This document shows positions 1 through 8,296 of a stretch of DNA of 44,620 bases, piece after piece. Origin of the DNA: an uncultured delta proteobacterium (GTDB lineage: Bacteria > Myxococcota_A > Polyangia > Polyangiales > Ga0077539); contig CAIOSS010000784.1 in assembly GCA_903860995.1 (NCBI GenBank), positions 1 through 44,620 of the forward strand, given 5' to 3'. The notes beneath the pieces were generated by a model that did not search any database, was not told the origin of the DNA, and was given only the letters and a program-made list of their open reading frames with translations. The position numbers and the translations under genes were made by a program. How positions within the stretch are numbered: the stretch's first letter is position 1; every line of letters starts with the position of its first letter.

Positions 1-123
1 CCGGTGGACGTGCCCGCGGCGATCGACCTTGGCGCCCCGGTGGACGTGCCCGCGGCGATCGACCTTGGCGCCCCGGTGGACGTGCCCGCGGCGATCGACC
101 TTGGCGCCCCGGTGGACGTGCCC
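1..123 (+). repeat. Perfect 36-bp tandem repeat, about 3.4 copies, in frame (12-aa PVDVPAAIDLGA unit)
   Basis: The unit ccggtggacgtgcccgcggcgatcgaccttggcgcc is read identically at 1-36, 37-72 and 73-108. A partial copy runs from 109 to about 123. The array may continue upstream of the window. Confidence 0.95.
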
Positions 124-1221
124 GTCATCTGCCCGTCGTCGCAGGTGAACTGCAGCGGCATGTGCCGCTCGCTGACCATGGACGTCGACAACTGCGGCGG
201 CTGCGGCGTGCGCTGCGCCGCCGGCCAGGCCTGCACGGCCAGCGCCTGCCAGACGGTGCCGCCCGTGGACTCGGGCACCCTCGTCTGCCCGGGCGGCCAG
301 ATCGACTGCGGCGGCTACTGTGCCGACACCAGCAGGGACCCCTTCAACTGCGGCGGCTGCGGCGTTCGCTGCGCCACCGGTCAGGTCTGCACCGCGCGCG
401 TCTGCACCTCGGGCGGTGGCGGCATGGACGCGGGTCCTGGCGGCGGCGACGGCGGGGTCATCCCGCAGGACTCGGGCCCATGCGCGGCGGGCACCGTCTC
501 GTGCGGCGGCTACTGCGCCAACACCAGCAGCGACCCCTTCAACTGCGGCGGCTGCGGCGTTCGCTGCGCCACCGGTCAGGTCTGCACCGCGCGCGTCTGC
601 ACCTCGGGCGGTGGCGGCATGGACGCAGGTCCTGGCGGCGGCGACGGCGGGGTCATCCCGCAGGACTCGGGCCCATGCGCGGCGGGCACCATCTCGTGCG
701 GCGGCTACTGCGCCAACACCAGCAGCGACCCCTTCAACTGCGGCGGCTGCGGCGTTCGCTGCGCCAACAATCAGGTCTGCACCGCGCGCGTCTGCACGGC
801 GGGCGGCACCGGCGGCGGCGACGGCGGCCCGCCCGGCGAGGGCGGGATGGGCACGCTGGACTCGGGCCCGTGCGCGGCGGGCACCATCTCGTGCGGCGGC
901 TACTGTGCCAGCACCAGCAACGACCCGCTCAACTGCGGCGGTTGCGGCGTGCGCTGCACGAGCCCGCAGCCCTGCAACGGGGGGGTCTGCTCCGCCCCCA
1001 GCACGGATGGCGGCACGGGCGGCATGGGCGACGGCGGCGGCTCCGTGATGTGCGGCAACCCCACCCGGCCCTGCTGCACCACCTCGCCGGCCTGCATCTC
1101 GGGTGGCACGTGCGTGTCCGGCACCTGCGTGGCCGACTGCGGCATGTCCGGTCAGACCTGCTGCGCCGGGGCGCGGCAGTGCCAGCCGGGCCTCACGTGC
1201 ACGAGCGGGGTGTGCCGGTGA
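1..1221 (+). CDS. Cys-rich repeat exported protein (5' end cut by window edge)
   Basis: The frame is open from base 1 (track ORF 4-1221) with stop TGA at 1219-1221. The product starts with PVDVPAAIDLGA x3.4. It then has five modules of the form C..G...C.G.C.....DP(F/L)NCGGCG(V)RC...Q.C....C, followed by an extra Cys-rich C-terminal knot. The same module type occurs in ORF 7376-8248. Third positions are strongly G/C. Confidence 0.8.
   Translation, partial: PVDVPAAIDLGAPVDVPAAIDLGAPVDVPAAIDLGAPVDVPVICPSSQVNCSGMCRSLTMDVDNCGGCGVRCAAGQACTASACQTVPPVDSGTLVCPGGQIDCGGYCADTSRDPFNCGGCGVRCATGQVCTARVCTSGGGGMDAGPGGGDGGVIPQDSGPCAAGTVSCGGYCANTSSDPFNCGGCGVRCATGQVCTARVCTSGGGGMDAGPGGGDGGVIPQDSGPCAAGTISCGGYCANTSSDPFNCGGCGVRCANNQVCTARVCTAGGTGGGDGGPPGEGGMGTLDSGPCAAGTISCGGYCASTSNDPLNCGGCGVRCTSPQPCNGGVCSAPSTDGGTGGMGDGGGSVMCGNPTRPCCTTSPACISGGTCVSGTCVADCGMSGQTCCAGARQCQPGLTCTSGVCR
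286..1002 (+). repeat. 195-bp (65-aa) tandem repeat, about 3.7 copies, inside the Cys-rich protein gene
   Basis: The landmark gacccc/gacccg ttcaactgcggcgg recurs at 337, 532, 727 and 922, giving a 195-nt period. Copies 1 and 2 are almost identical at protein level over the unit C..G...CGGYCA.TS.DPFNCGGCGVRCATGQVCTARVCTSGGGGMDAGPGGGDGGVIPQDSGP; copy 3 shares the N-terminal Cys module but has a diverged Gly-rich tail. Confidence 0.9.
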
Positions 1222-1231
1222 CGGTCGCGGG

Positions 1232-3013
1232 GTGACCACTCGCTCCTCCACGACCGTCCGCGCCGGGGTCCCGCTGCTGTGGATCCTGGGTGCCTGTAAC
1301 GGCGAGGCGGTCGTGGCGAGGGACGCGGGCGCCGCGCTGCGCGACACCTTCGCGGAGGTCATCGCGCCGAGGGACGCGGGCCCGGACGCCCCCCCGGAGG
1401 CGCCCCTCACCGCGCCGGTCGGGTACCGGCCCTGCCGGGACAGGGTGCGCGACCCGGAGGGCGGGTTCTGCGAGTCCACGGACCTTTGGCACATGCGGGC
1501 GGAATTCAGCCCCGAGAAGTCGGGCGCGGTCACCGTCGCCGACTTCGACGTGGACGGCTTCCCGGAGGTCATGGTGACCGTGCAGGACGGCAACCCCCCG
1601 ACGCTGCTCACGGCGCGCGTGGGGTTCTGGGAGAACGTCGCCGCGGCCTGGGGGCTCGCGGCCTACCACTCGCCGTTCGCGGTCGCGGTCGCCGACCTCG
1701 ACGGCGACGGCGACCCCGACATGGTGCTCGGGCTGGAGAACGGCTCCTCGAAGATCCTGCGCAACACGGGGACGCGCTTCGAGGAGGTGATGACGGTCGG
1801 CCAGCCGGGTCAGATCGCCGCGGTGTGGCTCGTCTGGGACATCGACCAGGACGGGCTGCTCGACCTGGTCGCGGGCGTCGAGCGGCAGGACGGTGACTGC
1901 CCCAACCCCTTCGGCATCCCGGGCTGTCCGGGCTTCGTCGCCGCGTGGCGGCAGTCGGCTCCGTGGGACTTCCGGCCGATGCCCGTCACGGCCCCCCGGC
2001 GGCGCGTGCAGGGGATGCGCATGCACGACTGGACCGGCGACGGCCGCGACGAGCTGCTCGTGACCAACGACATCGGCACGTACGACGGCGGCAGCCTGCT
2101 GCTGCGGGTCGAGTCGACGCCCGAGGGCTTCGCGCTGCGCGACGCCACGGCCGGGTCGGGCTTCGACCACGAGCTCTACGGCATGGGGATGGGCCTGCTC
2201 GACATCGACGAGGACGGCCGCAACGAGGTCGTGCTGACGAACATCGGCCACAACGTCGTGCTCACCGGCCGCCAGGGGCTGAGCGCCGACGTGAACCTGC
2301 TCCTCGCGCGCGACTGCTACGGCATGGTGATCCCGGGGGAGATGCCGACGTTCCGCTTCTTCGACGAGGAGAACCCGCGGGAGCGCGCCTGGGGGCGCTT
2401 CCAGGACCTGTACTTCGATCAGCGCTCGGCGCGGTTCCCGACCACGAAGTGGGCCCCGGTGGTCTTCGACTACGACGCCGACGGCCACGAGGACATGTAC
2501 GTCCCCGCCGGGAGCGTCCACACGGGCCCCGTCTTCCCCGAGCCCGACGTGCAGGCGAGCGTGCTCATGCGCGGCACCGGCGTCCGCATGGTCGACGTCA
2601 CCGACGGCCTGGCGCTCCGCGAGCGGATGAACGCCCGCGGCGCCGCGGCCGCCGACTTCGACCTCGACGGCGACCTCGATCTGGCCGTCTTCCACACGGG
2701 CGACGGCACCCAGGCGAGCCGCCTGCGCGTCCTGCGCAACGACGTGGCGGGCGGCCACCTGCTCGCCGTGGTCGCGCGGGGCCGCGGGGCGGCCCGGGAC
2801 GGCGTCGGCGCCCAGGTCGAGGTGCGCATCGGCGCCCGAACCATGCACCGGCGCATCGACGGCAACCTCTCACTCTACGGCACGGTGCCCCACGAGGTGT
2901 ACGTCGGCCTGGGCGCCGCGACGATGGCCGACGAGGTCGTCGTGCGCTTCCCCAGCGGCCGCACCGCCCGCCGCGAGCGGGTGCCCTTCGGCCGCGTCGT
3001 CGTCGAGGAGTGA
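1232..3013 (+). CDS. FG-GAP repeat / ASPIC(UnbV)-type lipoprotein (CRTAC1-like)
   Basis: The track ORF is 1103-3013. An in-frame GTG at 1232, 11 nt after the upstream stop, gives an n-region plus the LLWILGAC lipobox. Ca-binding-like loops are DFDVDGFPE, DLDGDGDPD, DIDQDGLLD, DWTGDGRDE, DIDEDGRNE, DYDADGHED and DFDLDGDLD. The C-terminal segment GVGAQVEVRIG...VYVGLG...VVVRFPSG is ASPIC/UnbV-like. The start is uncertain (1103 versus 1232). Confidence 0.85.
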   Translation: MTTRSSTTVRAGVPLLWILGACNGEAVVARDAGAALRDTFAEVIAPRDAGPDAPPEAPLTAPVGYRPCRDRVRDPEGGFCESTDLWHMRAEFSPEKSGAVTVADFDVDGFPEVMVTVQDGNPPTLLTARVGFWENVAAAWGLAAYHSPFAVAVADLDGDGDPDMVLGLENGSSKILRNTGTRFEEVMTVGQPGQIAAVWLVWDIDQDGLLDLVAGVERQDGDCPNPFGIPGCPGFVAAWRQSAPWDFRPMPVTAPRRRVQGMRMHDWTGDGRDELLVTNDIGTYDGGSLLLRVESTPEGFALRDATAGSGFDHELYGMGMGLLDIDEDGRNEVVLTNIGHNVVLTGRQGLSADVNLLLARDCYGMVIPGEMPTFRFFDEENPRERAWGRFQDLYFDQRSARFPTTKWAPVVFDYDADGHEDMYVPAGSVHTGPVFPEPDVQASVLMRGTGVRMVDVTDGLALRERMNARGAAAADFDLDGDLDLAVFHTGDGTQASRLRVLRNDVAGGHLLAVVARGRGAARDGVGAQVEVRIGARTMHRRIDGNLSLYGTVPHEVYVGLGAATMADEVVVRFPSGRTARRERVPFGRVVVEE

Positions 3014-3028
3014 CCCCGAATCCGGTGG

Positions 3029-3823
3029 TCAGGGAGAGCGCTGGAAGAGCACGGCGTAGGCGCTCCAGCCCCCACCCTTCTGCAGTTCGCGCTGAGCCAT
3101 CACCGTGAACCGATCGCGGGAGAGCGCGATCAACTCCTCGGGGGACAGGATGCGACATTCCCGCTCGCCGGGGCGTTGGACCGCGGCGTACCCGTTGAGC
3201 ACCAACATGCGCCCGCCCGGCCGGAGCGCCTCGGCAGCCTGCTGGAAGTAACCCGGATTCAACTCGGGATGACAGGTGCTGAAGGCCCCGATGTCATTGA
3301 ACATCACCACGTCGACCGATGCGGGGGCGAGGCCGAGATCGCCTAGCGCGACGTGGATCGCGCGGACGTTGTCCACCCCTCGGGACGTCGCCTCGTAGGA
3401 GATCTTCCGGGTCATCCGGCGGTCGACATCGACCGCGTGGACCACACCGGTCTCGCCGATGAGCCGCGCGTAGCGGAAGGAGTAGAAGCCGCCGCCCGCG
3501 CCGATGTCACCGATGGCCATTCCCGGCCGCGGTGCGACGAACTCGTCGACCAGTTGTACGGATGGAGAACGTTCGCGCTCGGAGTTGACCACGGGGAGCC
3601 AGAACTCGCGCCATACCGGGTCCTGGGGCGTCTCCAGGACCGGATCGCGGTACACCGGAGCCTCGAGCCGCGGAGAGTCACGAACGGGTTCGCGGTACGT
3701 CGCGTCGGAGTTGGTGTCGGAGTTGGTGTCGGAGTTGGTGTCCCCAGCTCCACTGCAGCCCGCGACATTCAACCCGATGAATAGCGCCATGACCCCACTG
3801 AACATGTGTTGCATATCGTGCAC
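3029..3823 (-). CDS. Class I SAM-dependent methyltransferase with N-terminal lipoprotein-type signal
   Basis: This is a 264-aa ORF. Its N-terminus, MALFIGLNVAGCSG, is a hydrophobic segment followed by Cys. A (DTNS)x3 linker follows. Motif I DIGAGGGFYS, then VHAVDVD and a later RPGGRMLV, fit the Rossmann methyltransferase fold. The gene is convergent with 1232-3013, with a 15-nt gap. Confidence 0.8.
   Translation of the reverse strand: MHDMQHMFSGVMALFIGLNVAGCSGAGDTNSDTNSDTNSDATYREPVRDSPRLEAPVYRDPVLETPQDPVWREFWLPVVNSERERSPSVQLVDEFVAPRPGMAIGDIGAGGGFYSFRYARLIGETGVVHAVDVDRRMTRKISYEATSRGVDNVRAIHVALGDLGLAPASVDVVMFNDIGAFSTCHPELNPGYFQQAAEALRPGGRMLVLNGYAAVQRPGERECRILSPEELIALSRDRFTVMAQRELQKGGGWSAYAVLFQRSP
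3705..3740 (-). repeat. 12-bp tandem repeat x3 (tcggagttggtg) encoding the DTNS linker
   Basis: Read directly at 3705-3716, 3717-3728 and 3729-3740. It lies in frame in the methyltransferase gene. Confidence 0.9.
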
Positions 3824-3884
3824 ATCACTCCCGCAATGACGGCGCGCCGACGGTCTTCACCGCAGGTCGATCACCTCACTGCTC

Positions 3885-4023
3885 CATGCGGGGATCCTCC
3901 CCCGACATAGACGCACATGGAGCAAAGACTGCGCCATAAGTGCCGCATGCCCGAAAGGCGTACAGCCTGAAGGTGGATTCTATGCCGCACGATACATGCG
4001 GCATAAGTGACACGATTTGTCAC
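3885..4023. promoter_or_regulatory. Low-GC intergenic region with permuted CATAAGTG / CATGCGG motifs and inverted repeats upstream of the recombinase gene
   Basis: CATGCGG occurs at 3885-3891. cataagtgccgcatg lies at 3935-3949 and catgcggcataagtg at 3995-4009, which are the same two half-motifs in swapped or inverted order. A 9-bp inverted repeat pairs tatgccgca (3981-3989) with tgcggcata (3997-4005). gtgacacgatttgtcac lies at 4007-4023. The GC content is clearly below that of the flanking genes. Confidence 0.5.
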
Positions 4024-4049
4024 TCATCGCGGGAGCCGGGTGACCATAA

Positions 4050-5279
4050 ATGTCATGTCCACCCCTGAACCCACGGTGTGTCGGCTCCGTGTGCATGGCT
4101 CACGGAAAGGAATGTTTCCGTGAGCTAGACAGGCGCCCCCGGGCTCGGGTAGTGGCCTGGGGGGTGACGACCGGCCGCGCGCAGCGCCCCCCCGAGGCTC
4201 CCCCGTCCGCGATCACGGTCGTCGACGCTGCGAGCGGGCTGCCACCCGCGCTGGCGCAGCGGCTGGAGGGCGCGCGACGGTTCCTGCGCGAGGGCGCCCA
4301 CGCGACCGGCACCCGGCAAAAGTATGCCGAGGACTTCGCGCAGTTCAGCGGCTGGTGCCAGCGCCACGGGCTCAGCCCCCTGCCCGCCGAGCCGGGCCTC
4401 GTTGCCCTGTACGTCCACGCCTTGGTCGACCCCGACCCCTCGAACCCGCCGCGGGTCCGCCGGTCGCCCCACGGGCCGCGCGGCCCCGAGCCCGGCCGTG
4501 GGCCGATGCACCCCAGCTCCATCACCCGCGTCGTGGCGGCCATCCGCTACGCCCACACCCTCGAGGGGCTCGGCTCCCCTACCGCGCACCCGCTCGTGCG
4601 GGAGGCCTTGCGCGCCGCGCGCCGCACGGTCGGGGTCGCGCCCCGCCGCCGCGTCCAGGCGGCCGTCGCCGAGGTCGTGGGACGGATGCTGCTCGGGCTC
4701 GACGACTCCGCGCGCCACCGCCGCGACCGCGCGCTGCTCACGCTGGGCTTCGCTGGCGCCTTCCGCCGCGCGGCCCTGGTCTCCCTGAACCTCGCCGACG
4801 TGGTGCGGGTGCCCGAGGGCCTGGAGGTCACCCTGCGCCGCGACAAGACCGACCAGGCCGGCGCGGGTCGCACCCTCACCATCGCCCCTGGCGCCAGGGG
4901 CCCCACGTGCCCGGTGCTCGCGGTGCTCGCCTGGGTCGAGGCCCTCGCCGCGCTGGGCTTCACCGAGGGCCCGCTCTTCCGCTTCATCGACCGCCACGGC
5001 AACGTGCGCCCCGCCCACCGCCGCGCGGCCAGCGACCGGCTGAGCCCGCAGTCGGTCGCGCACGTCGTCCAGCGCCGGGCGCGGGCGGCGGGGCTCGACC
5101 CGGCGCAGTTCGCCGGCCACTCGCTGCGGGCGGGCTTCGTCACCAGCGCGACCCGCGCGGGCAAGGCCATCCCGAAGATCATGGAGCAGACCGGCCACCG
5201 GAGCGCCGACACCGTCATGGCCTACGTGCGCGAGGCCGACCGCTGGCGCGACCCGGCCTCCGGCGGCATTGGCCTCTAG
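4050..5279 (+). CDS. Tyrosine recombinase / phage-type integrase
   Basis: This is a 409-aa ORF. The N-terminal SAM-like core-binding segment reads TRQKYAEDFAQFSGWCQRHGL...LVALYVHAL. The catalytic region contains AFRRAALVSL (Arg I), HSLRAGFVTSA (H-x-x-R) and GHRSADTVMAYV (His...Tyr nucleophile). GGGAG lies at 4031-4035 upstream of ATG 4050. ATG 4095 is a possible alternative start. Confidence 0.85.
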   Translation: MSCPPLNPRCVGSVCMAHGKECFRELDRRPRARVVAWGVTTGRAQRPPEAPPSAITVVDAASGLPPALAQRLEGARRFLREGAHATGTRQKYAEDFAQFSGWCQRHGLSPLPAEPGLVALYVHALVDPDPSNPPRVRRSPHGPRGPEPGRGPMHPSSITRVVAAIRYAHTLEGLGSPTAHPLVREALRAARRTVGVAPRRRVQAAVAEVVGRMLLGLDDSARHRRDRALLTLGFAGAFRRAALVSLNLADVVRVPEGLEVTLRRDKTDQAGAGRTLTIAPGARGPTCPVLAVLAWVEALAALGFTEGPLFRFIDRHGNVRPAHRRAASDRLSPQSVAHVVQRRARAAGLDPAQFAGHSLRAGFVTSATRAGKAIPKIMEQTGHRSADTVMAYVREADRWRDPASGGIGL

Positions 5280-5286
5280 GACGCCA

Positions 5287-5356
5287 AGACGTTGAAACGT
5301 CTAGGTGTCCAGATGTCTGGAATACAAGACGTCTGGACGTTCAGACGTCTGGACGT
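5287..5356. promoter_or_regulatory. Iteron cluster 1 (AGACGT-type palindromes and direct repeats)
   Basis: A 16-bp palindrome agacgttgaaacgtct lies at 5287-5302, followed by gtccagatgtctgg at 5308-5320. agacgtctggacgt occurs twice, at 5327-5340 and 5343-5356 (16-bp period), and each copy contains the 8-bp palindrome AGACGTCT. The cluster sits between the recombinase stop and the stop of the FG-GAP gene. Confidence 0.75.
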
Positions 5357-5359
5357 CCG

Positions 5360-7369
5360 TCAGTCCCACCAGAGGCGCGGGCGGACCGCGAGCGCGACGC
5401 CGTCGATGCGCACGGTGACGGCCGCAGTGCCGGGTCCCGGCGGGGCGACCACCCGCGCGGTCCAGCCCTCGGGCCCGCGGACGGCCGGGCCCGCGAGCGT
5501 CCCGGCCCCCGCGAGCGCGACGTCGACCATGGCGTCGGCGCGCAAGGCCCCGGCCAAGTCGCGCGGGGTGATCAGCACCGTCACGGCGCTGCGCCCGTCG
5601 GCCGGCGCGTGGCGCGACGGCGGGGTGATGACCAGCGACGGCGGCTCGGTGATCGTGTGCGCGCGGTCGGCCGCGAGGTCGCGCAGCTCCTGGACGGCGC
5701 CGGAGGGCCAGGCGACCCGCAGTCGCGCGATGCGCGTCGCCCCGCCGAGGCCCACGGTCACGAAGGGCTCGTGCACGACGTACGGGTGCGCCGAGCCGCC
5801 GACGTAGCGCCGCAGCGGGCGCCCCCCCTCGTCGACCCAGACCGTGAGCCACGCGCCCACGCCGAGGTGGTTGCTCGTCGTGCCGCGCAGCCGGAGCACC
5901 ACGCCGTGCGCGCCGTTGTCGATGTCGTTGCGGTAGAGCCGCGGGAGCTCTTGCTGGCCGCCGACGGCCAGGTCGGCGTCGCCGTCGTCGTCCCAGTCCT
6001 CCAGGGTGAGCGTCCGCCACTGGCCGCGCCGCTCGAGGTGGAGGGCGGTCGTGACGTCGGCGAAGCGCAGGCCGCCCATGTTCTGGTAGGCCCCCACGAA
6101 CTGCGGGCCGATGAAGCGCTCGGGCGGGTCGGACCAGGCGGTCTGGTCGTTGCCGTGGGCGATGATCCAGTCGAGGCGGGTGTCGCGGTCGAGGTCGACG
6201 AAGGCCATGCTCCACGGGATCATCGCCCGCCCGTTGTCCGCGGACGTGGTCGGGACGCCGGCGGCGGCGGTCACATCCTCGAAGGGCCACGCGGCGGTCC
6301 CCCGGAAGAGCTGGTGGACGGGGTTGAGCGCGACCGCCAGGTCGAGCCGGCCGTCGTCGTCGAGGTCGTCGGCGCAGGCCGCCATCGGCGAGTTGAACGC
6401 GATGGTCGGGAAGCCCAGCTGCTCGCCGCGGAAGTACGACCGCGGCGGCGTCGGGTCGAAGGCCGCGAAGCGGGGGTAGCCCGCGGCGTCGGGCACGCCC
6501 GACCGGTAGAAGACCGGCGCGCTGTTGGGGTCGACGCAGCTCCAGCCGACCGACATGAGCACCCGCTCGCCGGGGGCGAAGCGGGCCGAGAAGGCCGCGT
6601 AGGGCTTGCTCACCTGCGGGATGGTCAGCAGGTCGGGCCGCTCGTCGAAGGTCCGCGGGCCGGTGCGCAGGAGCGCGTGGAGGTCGGTGCAGGGCGTGCG
6701 GCAGCAGTCGGTGGCCACCAGGAGGTCGAGCCAGCCGTCGTCGTCGAGGTCGTCGAGGAAGTAGCTCAGGATGCGCGACGACATCATCCAGTCGGAGGGG
6801 CGCGCGTCGAGCGGGGCGGGCTGCGAGAAGCCGGCGCCCTCGCCCCAGGCGAGGGCCCGCGAGCGCTCGAGCGCGATCAGGTCGTCGCGCCCGTCGCCGT
6901 CGAGGTCGAGGATGCCCGCGAGCGGGGGCATCTCCGGGAGCCGCGCGCCGGCCACCCGCACGAACTGCCGGGCCGCGCGGTCGTAGCGGTAGACCGCGTA
7001 GGGGGCGGGCATGCCCCGGACGATGGAGTCGTCGGTGGGCCAGTGCGAGACCACGAGTTCGTCGCGCCCGTCGCCGTCGACGTCACCCACGAGCGGCGAC
7101 AGCTCGTCGGTCGAGAACATCTCGCGCGACGCCGCCGGGATGACGAAGGGCGCGTCGCGCTCGAGGGGGAGGGTCAGGTCGGTGAAGCCCGGCCCGAAGG
7201 CGCGGGGCGGCGGGACGTCGAAGGGCACGTCGCGCTTTGGAGGGCCGACGTCGTCGGGGCGCACCGCCGCGTCGGGCGCCGGCCCGGGCGCCGCGTCGCA
7301 CCCCTCGAAGCAGAACACCACGGCGAGCATGAGCGGCGGAAGCAGGGCGGGGCGCACGGTCGGTACCAT
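5360..7369 (-). CDS. FG-GAP repeat / ASPIC(UnbV)-type lipoprotein with C-terminal Ig-like tail
   Basis: This is a 669-aa ORF with the signal/lipobox LMLAVVFCFEGC. Loops are DVDGDGRDE, DLDGDGRDD, DLDDDGWLD, DLDDDGRLD, DLDRDTRLD and DWDDDGDAD. The segment GVGAWLTVWV...VTVGLG...LRVAWPSG is ASPIC-like. The tail ends RPRLWWD. It is a close paralogue of 42379-44400. Confidence 0.9.
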   Translation of the reverse strand: MVPTVRPALLPPLMLAVVFCFEGCDAAPGPAPDAAVRPDDVGPPKRDVPFDVPPPRAFGPGFTDLTLPLERDAPFVIPAASREMFSTDELSPLVGDVDGDGRDELVVSHWPTDDSIVRGMPAPYAVYRYDRAARQFVRVAGARLPEMPPLAGILDLDGDGRDDLIALERSRALAWGEGAGFSQPAPLDARPSDWMMSSRILSYFLDDLDDDGWLDLLVATDCCRTPCTDLHALLRTGPRTFDERPDLLTIPQVSKPYAAFSARFAPGERVLMSVGWSCVDPNSAPVFYRSGVPDAAGYPRFAAFDPTPPRSYFRGEQLGFPTIAFNSPMAACADDLDDDGRLDLAVALNPVHQLFRGTAAWPFEDVTAAAGVPTTSADNGRAMIPWSMAFVDLDRDTRLDWIIAHGNDQTAWSDPPERFIGPQFVGAYQNMGGLRFADVTTALHLERRGQWRTLTLEDWDDDGDADLAVGGQQELPRLYRNDIDNGAHGVVLRLRGTTSNHLGVGAWLTVWVDEGGRPLRRYVGGSAHPYVVHEPFVTVGLGGATRIARLRVAWPSGAVQELRDLAADRAHTITEPPSLVITPPSRHAPADGRSAVTVLITPRDLAGALRADAMVDVALAGAGTLAGPAVRGPEGWTARVVAPPGPGTAAVTVRIDGVALAVRPRLWWD

Positions 7370-7375
7370 GTCGCG

Positions 7376-8248
7376 TCAGCGCGGGGGCGGCGCCCCGGCC
7401 CGGGCGCCCGCGGTCCCCGCGTCGAAGGGCGGACCGACCACCGCGCAGCGTCCCTCCGCGCAGACCTGGTTGGGGGCGCAGCGGGCGCCGCAGCCGCCGC
7501 AGTTGAATGGGTCGTTGGCGGGGTTGGCGCAGTACGCGCCGCACGCCACCTGCGGGGCGGCGCAGCGCGCCGGGTCCGCCGCGAGGCCGCCGTCCCTCCG
7601 GGCGACGGACTCCACGCAGCGGCCCGCCGCGCAGAGCTGGCCGGGAGCGCAGCGGGTGCCGCAGCCGCCGCAGTTGAGCGGGTCGGTGCTCGTGGCCACG
7701 CAGTACGCGCCGCACCGGACGCTGGGCGGGGTGCAGCCCGTCGCGGACGGCGTGCCCAGGCCCAGGCCCGGCCCGGCGGCGACGCATTGGCCCACGGCGC
7801 AGATCTGCCCCGGCGCGCATCGGTTGCCGCAGCGCCCGCAGTGCAGGGGGTCGATCGCAACCGTGGCGCAGTATGGGCCGCAGCGGGTCTGTCCCTCGGC
7901 GCACGCCGCCGGGCCCGCGTCGGACCCGCACACGCCCGCCGCGCACACGGAGCTGCTGGTGCAGGCGCGGCCGCAGCCGCCGCAGTTGGCGACGTCCGTC
8001 TGCGGGTCGACGCAGCGCCCGTCGCAGAGGATGCCCCCGGGGCACGGCGTCGCGGCCGGCGGACGCTCGCCGGGGGCGTCGGTCGGCGGCGTCGCCGCGT
8101 CCGCGGGACCGACGCGCGCGGGTCGGACGACCCCGGCATCGGCACTCCGAGCGGGCCGTTTGTTGTCCCTGCAAGCCAGGCCGACGCAACACAGTCCGAG
8201 CAGAACCCACAGCTTCCGTTCGCCGGATGCCTGACGCATGGGCGGCAT
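7376..8248 (-). CDS. Cys-rich repeat lipoprotein (DPxNCGxCG modules)
   Basis: This is a 290-aa ORF with the signal/lipobox WVLLGLCCVGLAC. Five modules of the form C..G...C.G.C.....D..(N/H)CG.CG..C..GQ.C..G.C follow. Its stop lies 6 nt before the start of 5360-7369, the same gene pair order as 1-1221 followed by 1232-3013. Confidence 0.85.
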   Translation of the reverse strand: MPPMRQASGERKLWVLLGLCCVGLACRDNKRPARSADAGVVRPARVGPADAATPPTDAPGERPPAATPCPGGILCDGRCVDPQTDVANCGGCGRACTSSSVCAAGVCGSDAGPAACAEGQTRCGPYCATVAIDPLHCGRCGNRCAPGQICAVGQCVAAGPGLGLGTPSATGCTPPSVRCGAYCVATSTDPLNCGGCGTRCAPGQLCAAGRCVESVARRDGGLAADPARCAAPQVACGAYCANPANDPFNCGGCGARCAPNQVCAEGRCAVVGPPFDAGTAGARAGAPPPR

Positions 8249-8296
8249 TGTAGACGAGTTTGGCGCCCGCCCTCCAATGCCTCGTGCACGAGACCC

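Noticed and set aside
1-123. 36-bp perfect repeats considered as a possible CRISPR array
   Set aside because: The units are directly abutting with no spacers. They are in frame with, and part of, the Cys-rich protein ORF.
1103-1231. Track start of the FG-GAP ORF at 1103
   Set aside because: It would overlap the preceding gene by 119 nt and add an Ala/Pro/Arg-rich leader. GTG 1232 gives a normal lipoprotein signal directly after the upstream stop.
5292-5807. ORF 5292-5807 and the TTG 11336 start of the parA ORF, both beginning MKRL
   Set aside because: The shared MKRL N-terminus is simply the translation of the shared iteron TTGAAACGTCT. ORF 5292-5807 is antisense to the FG-GAP gene. The parA Walker A spacing favours GTG 11408.
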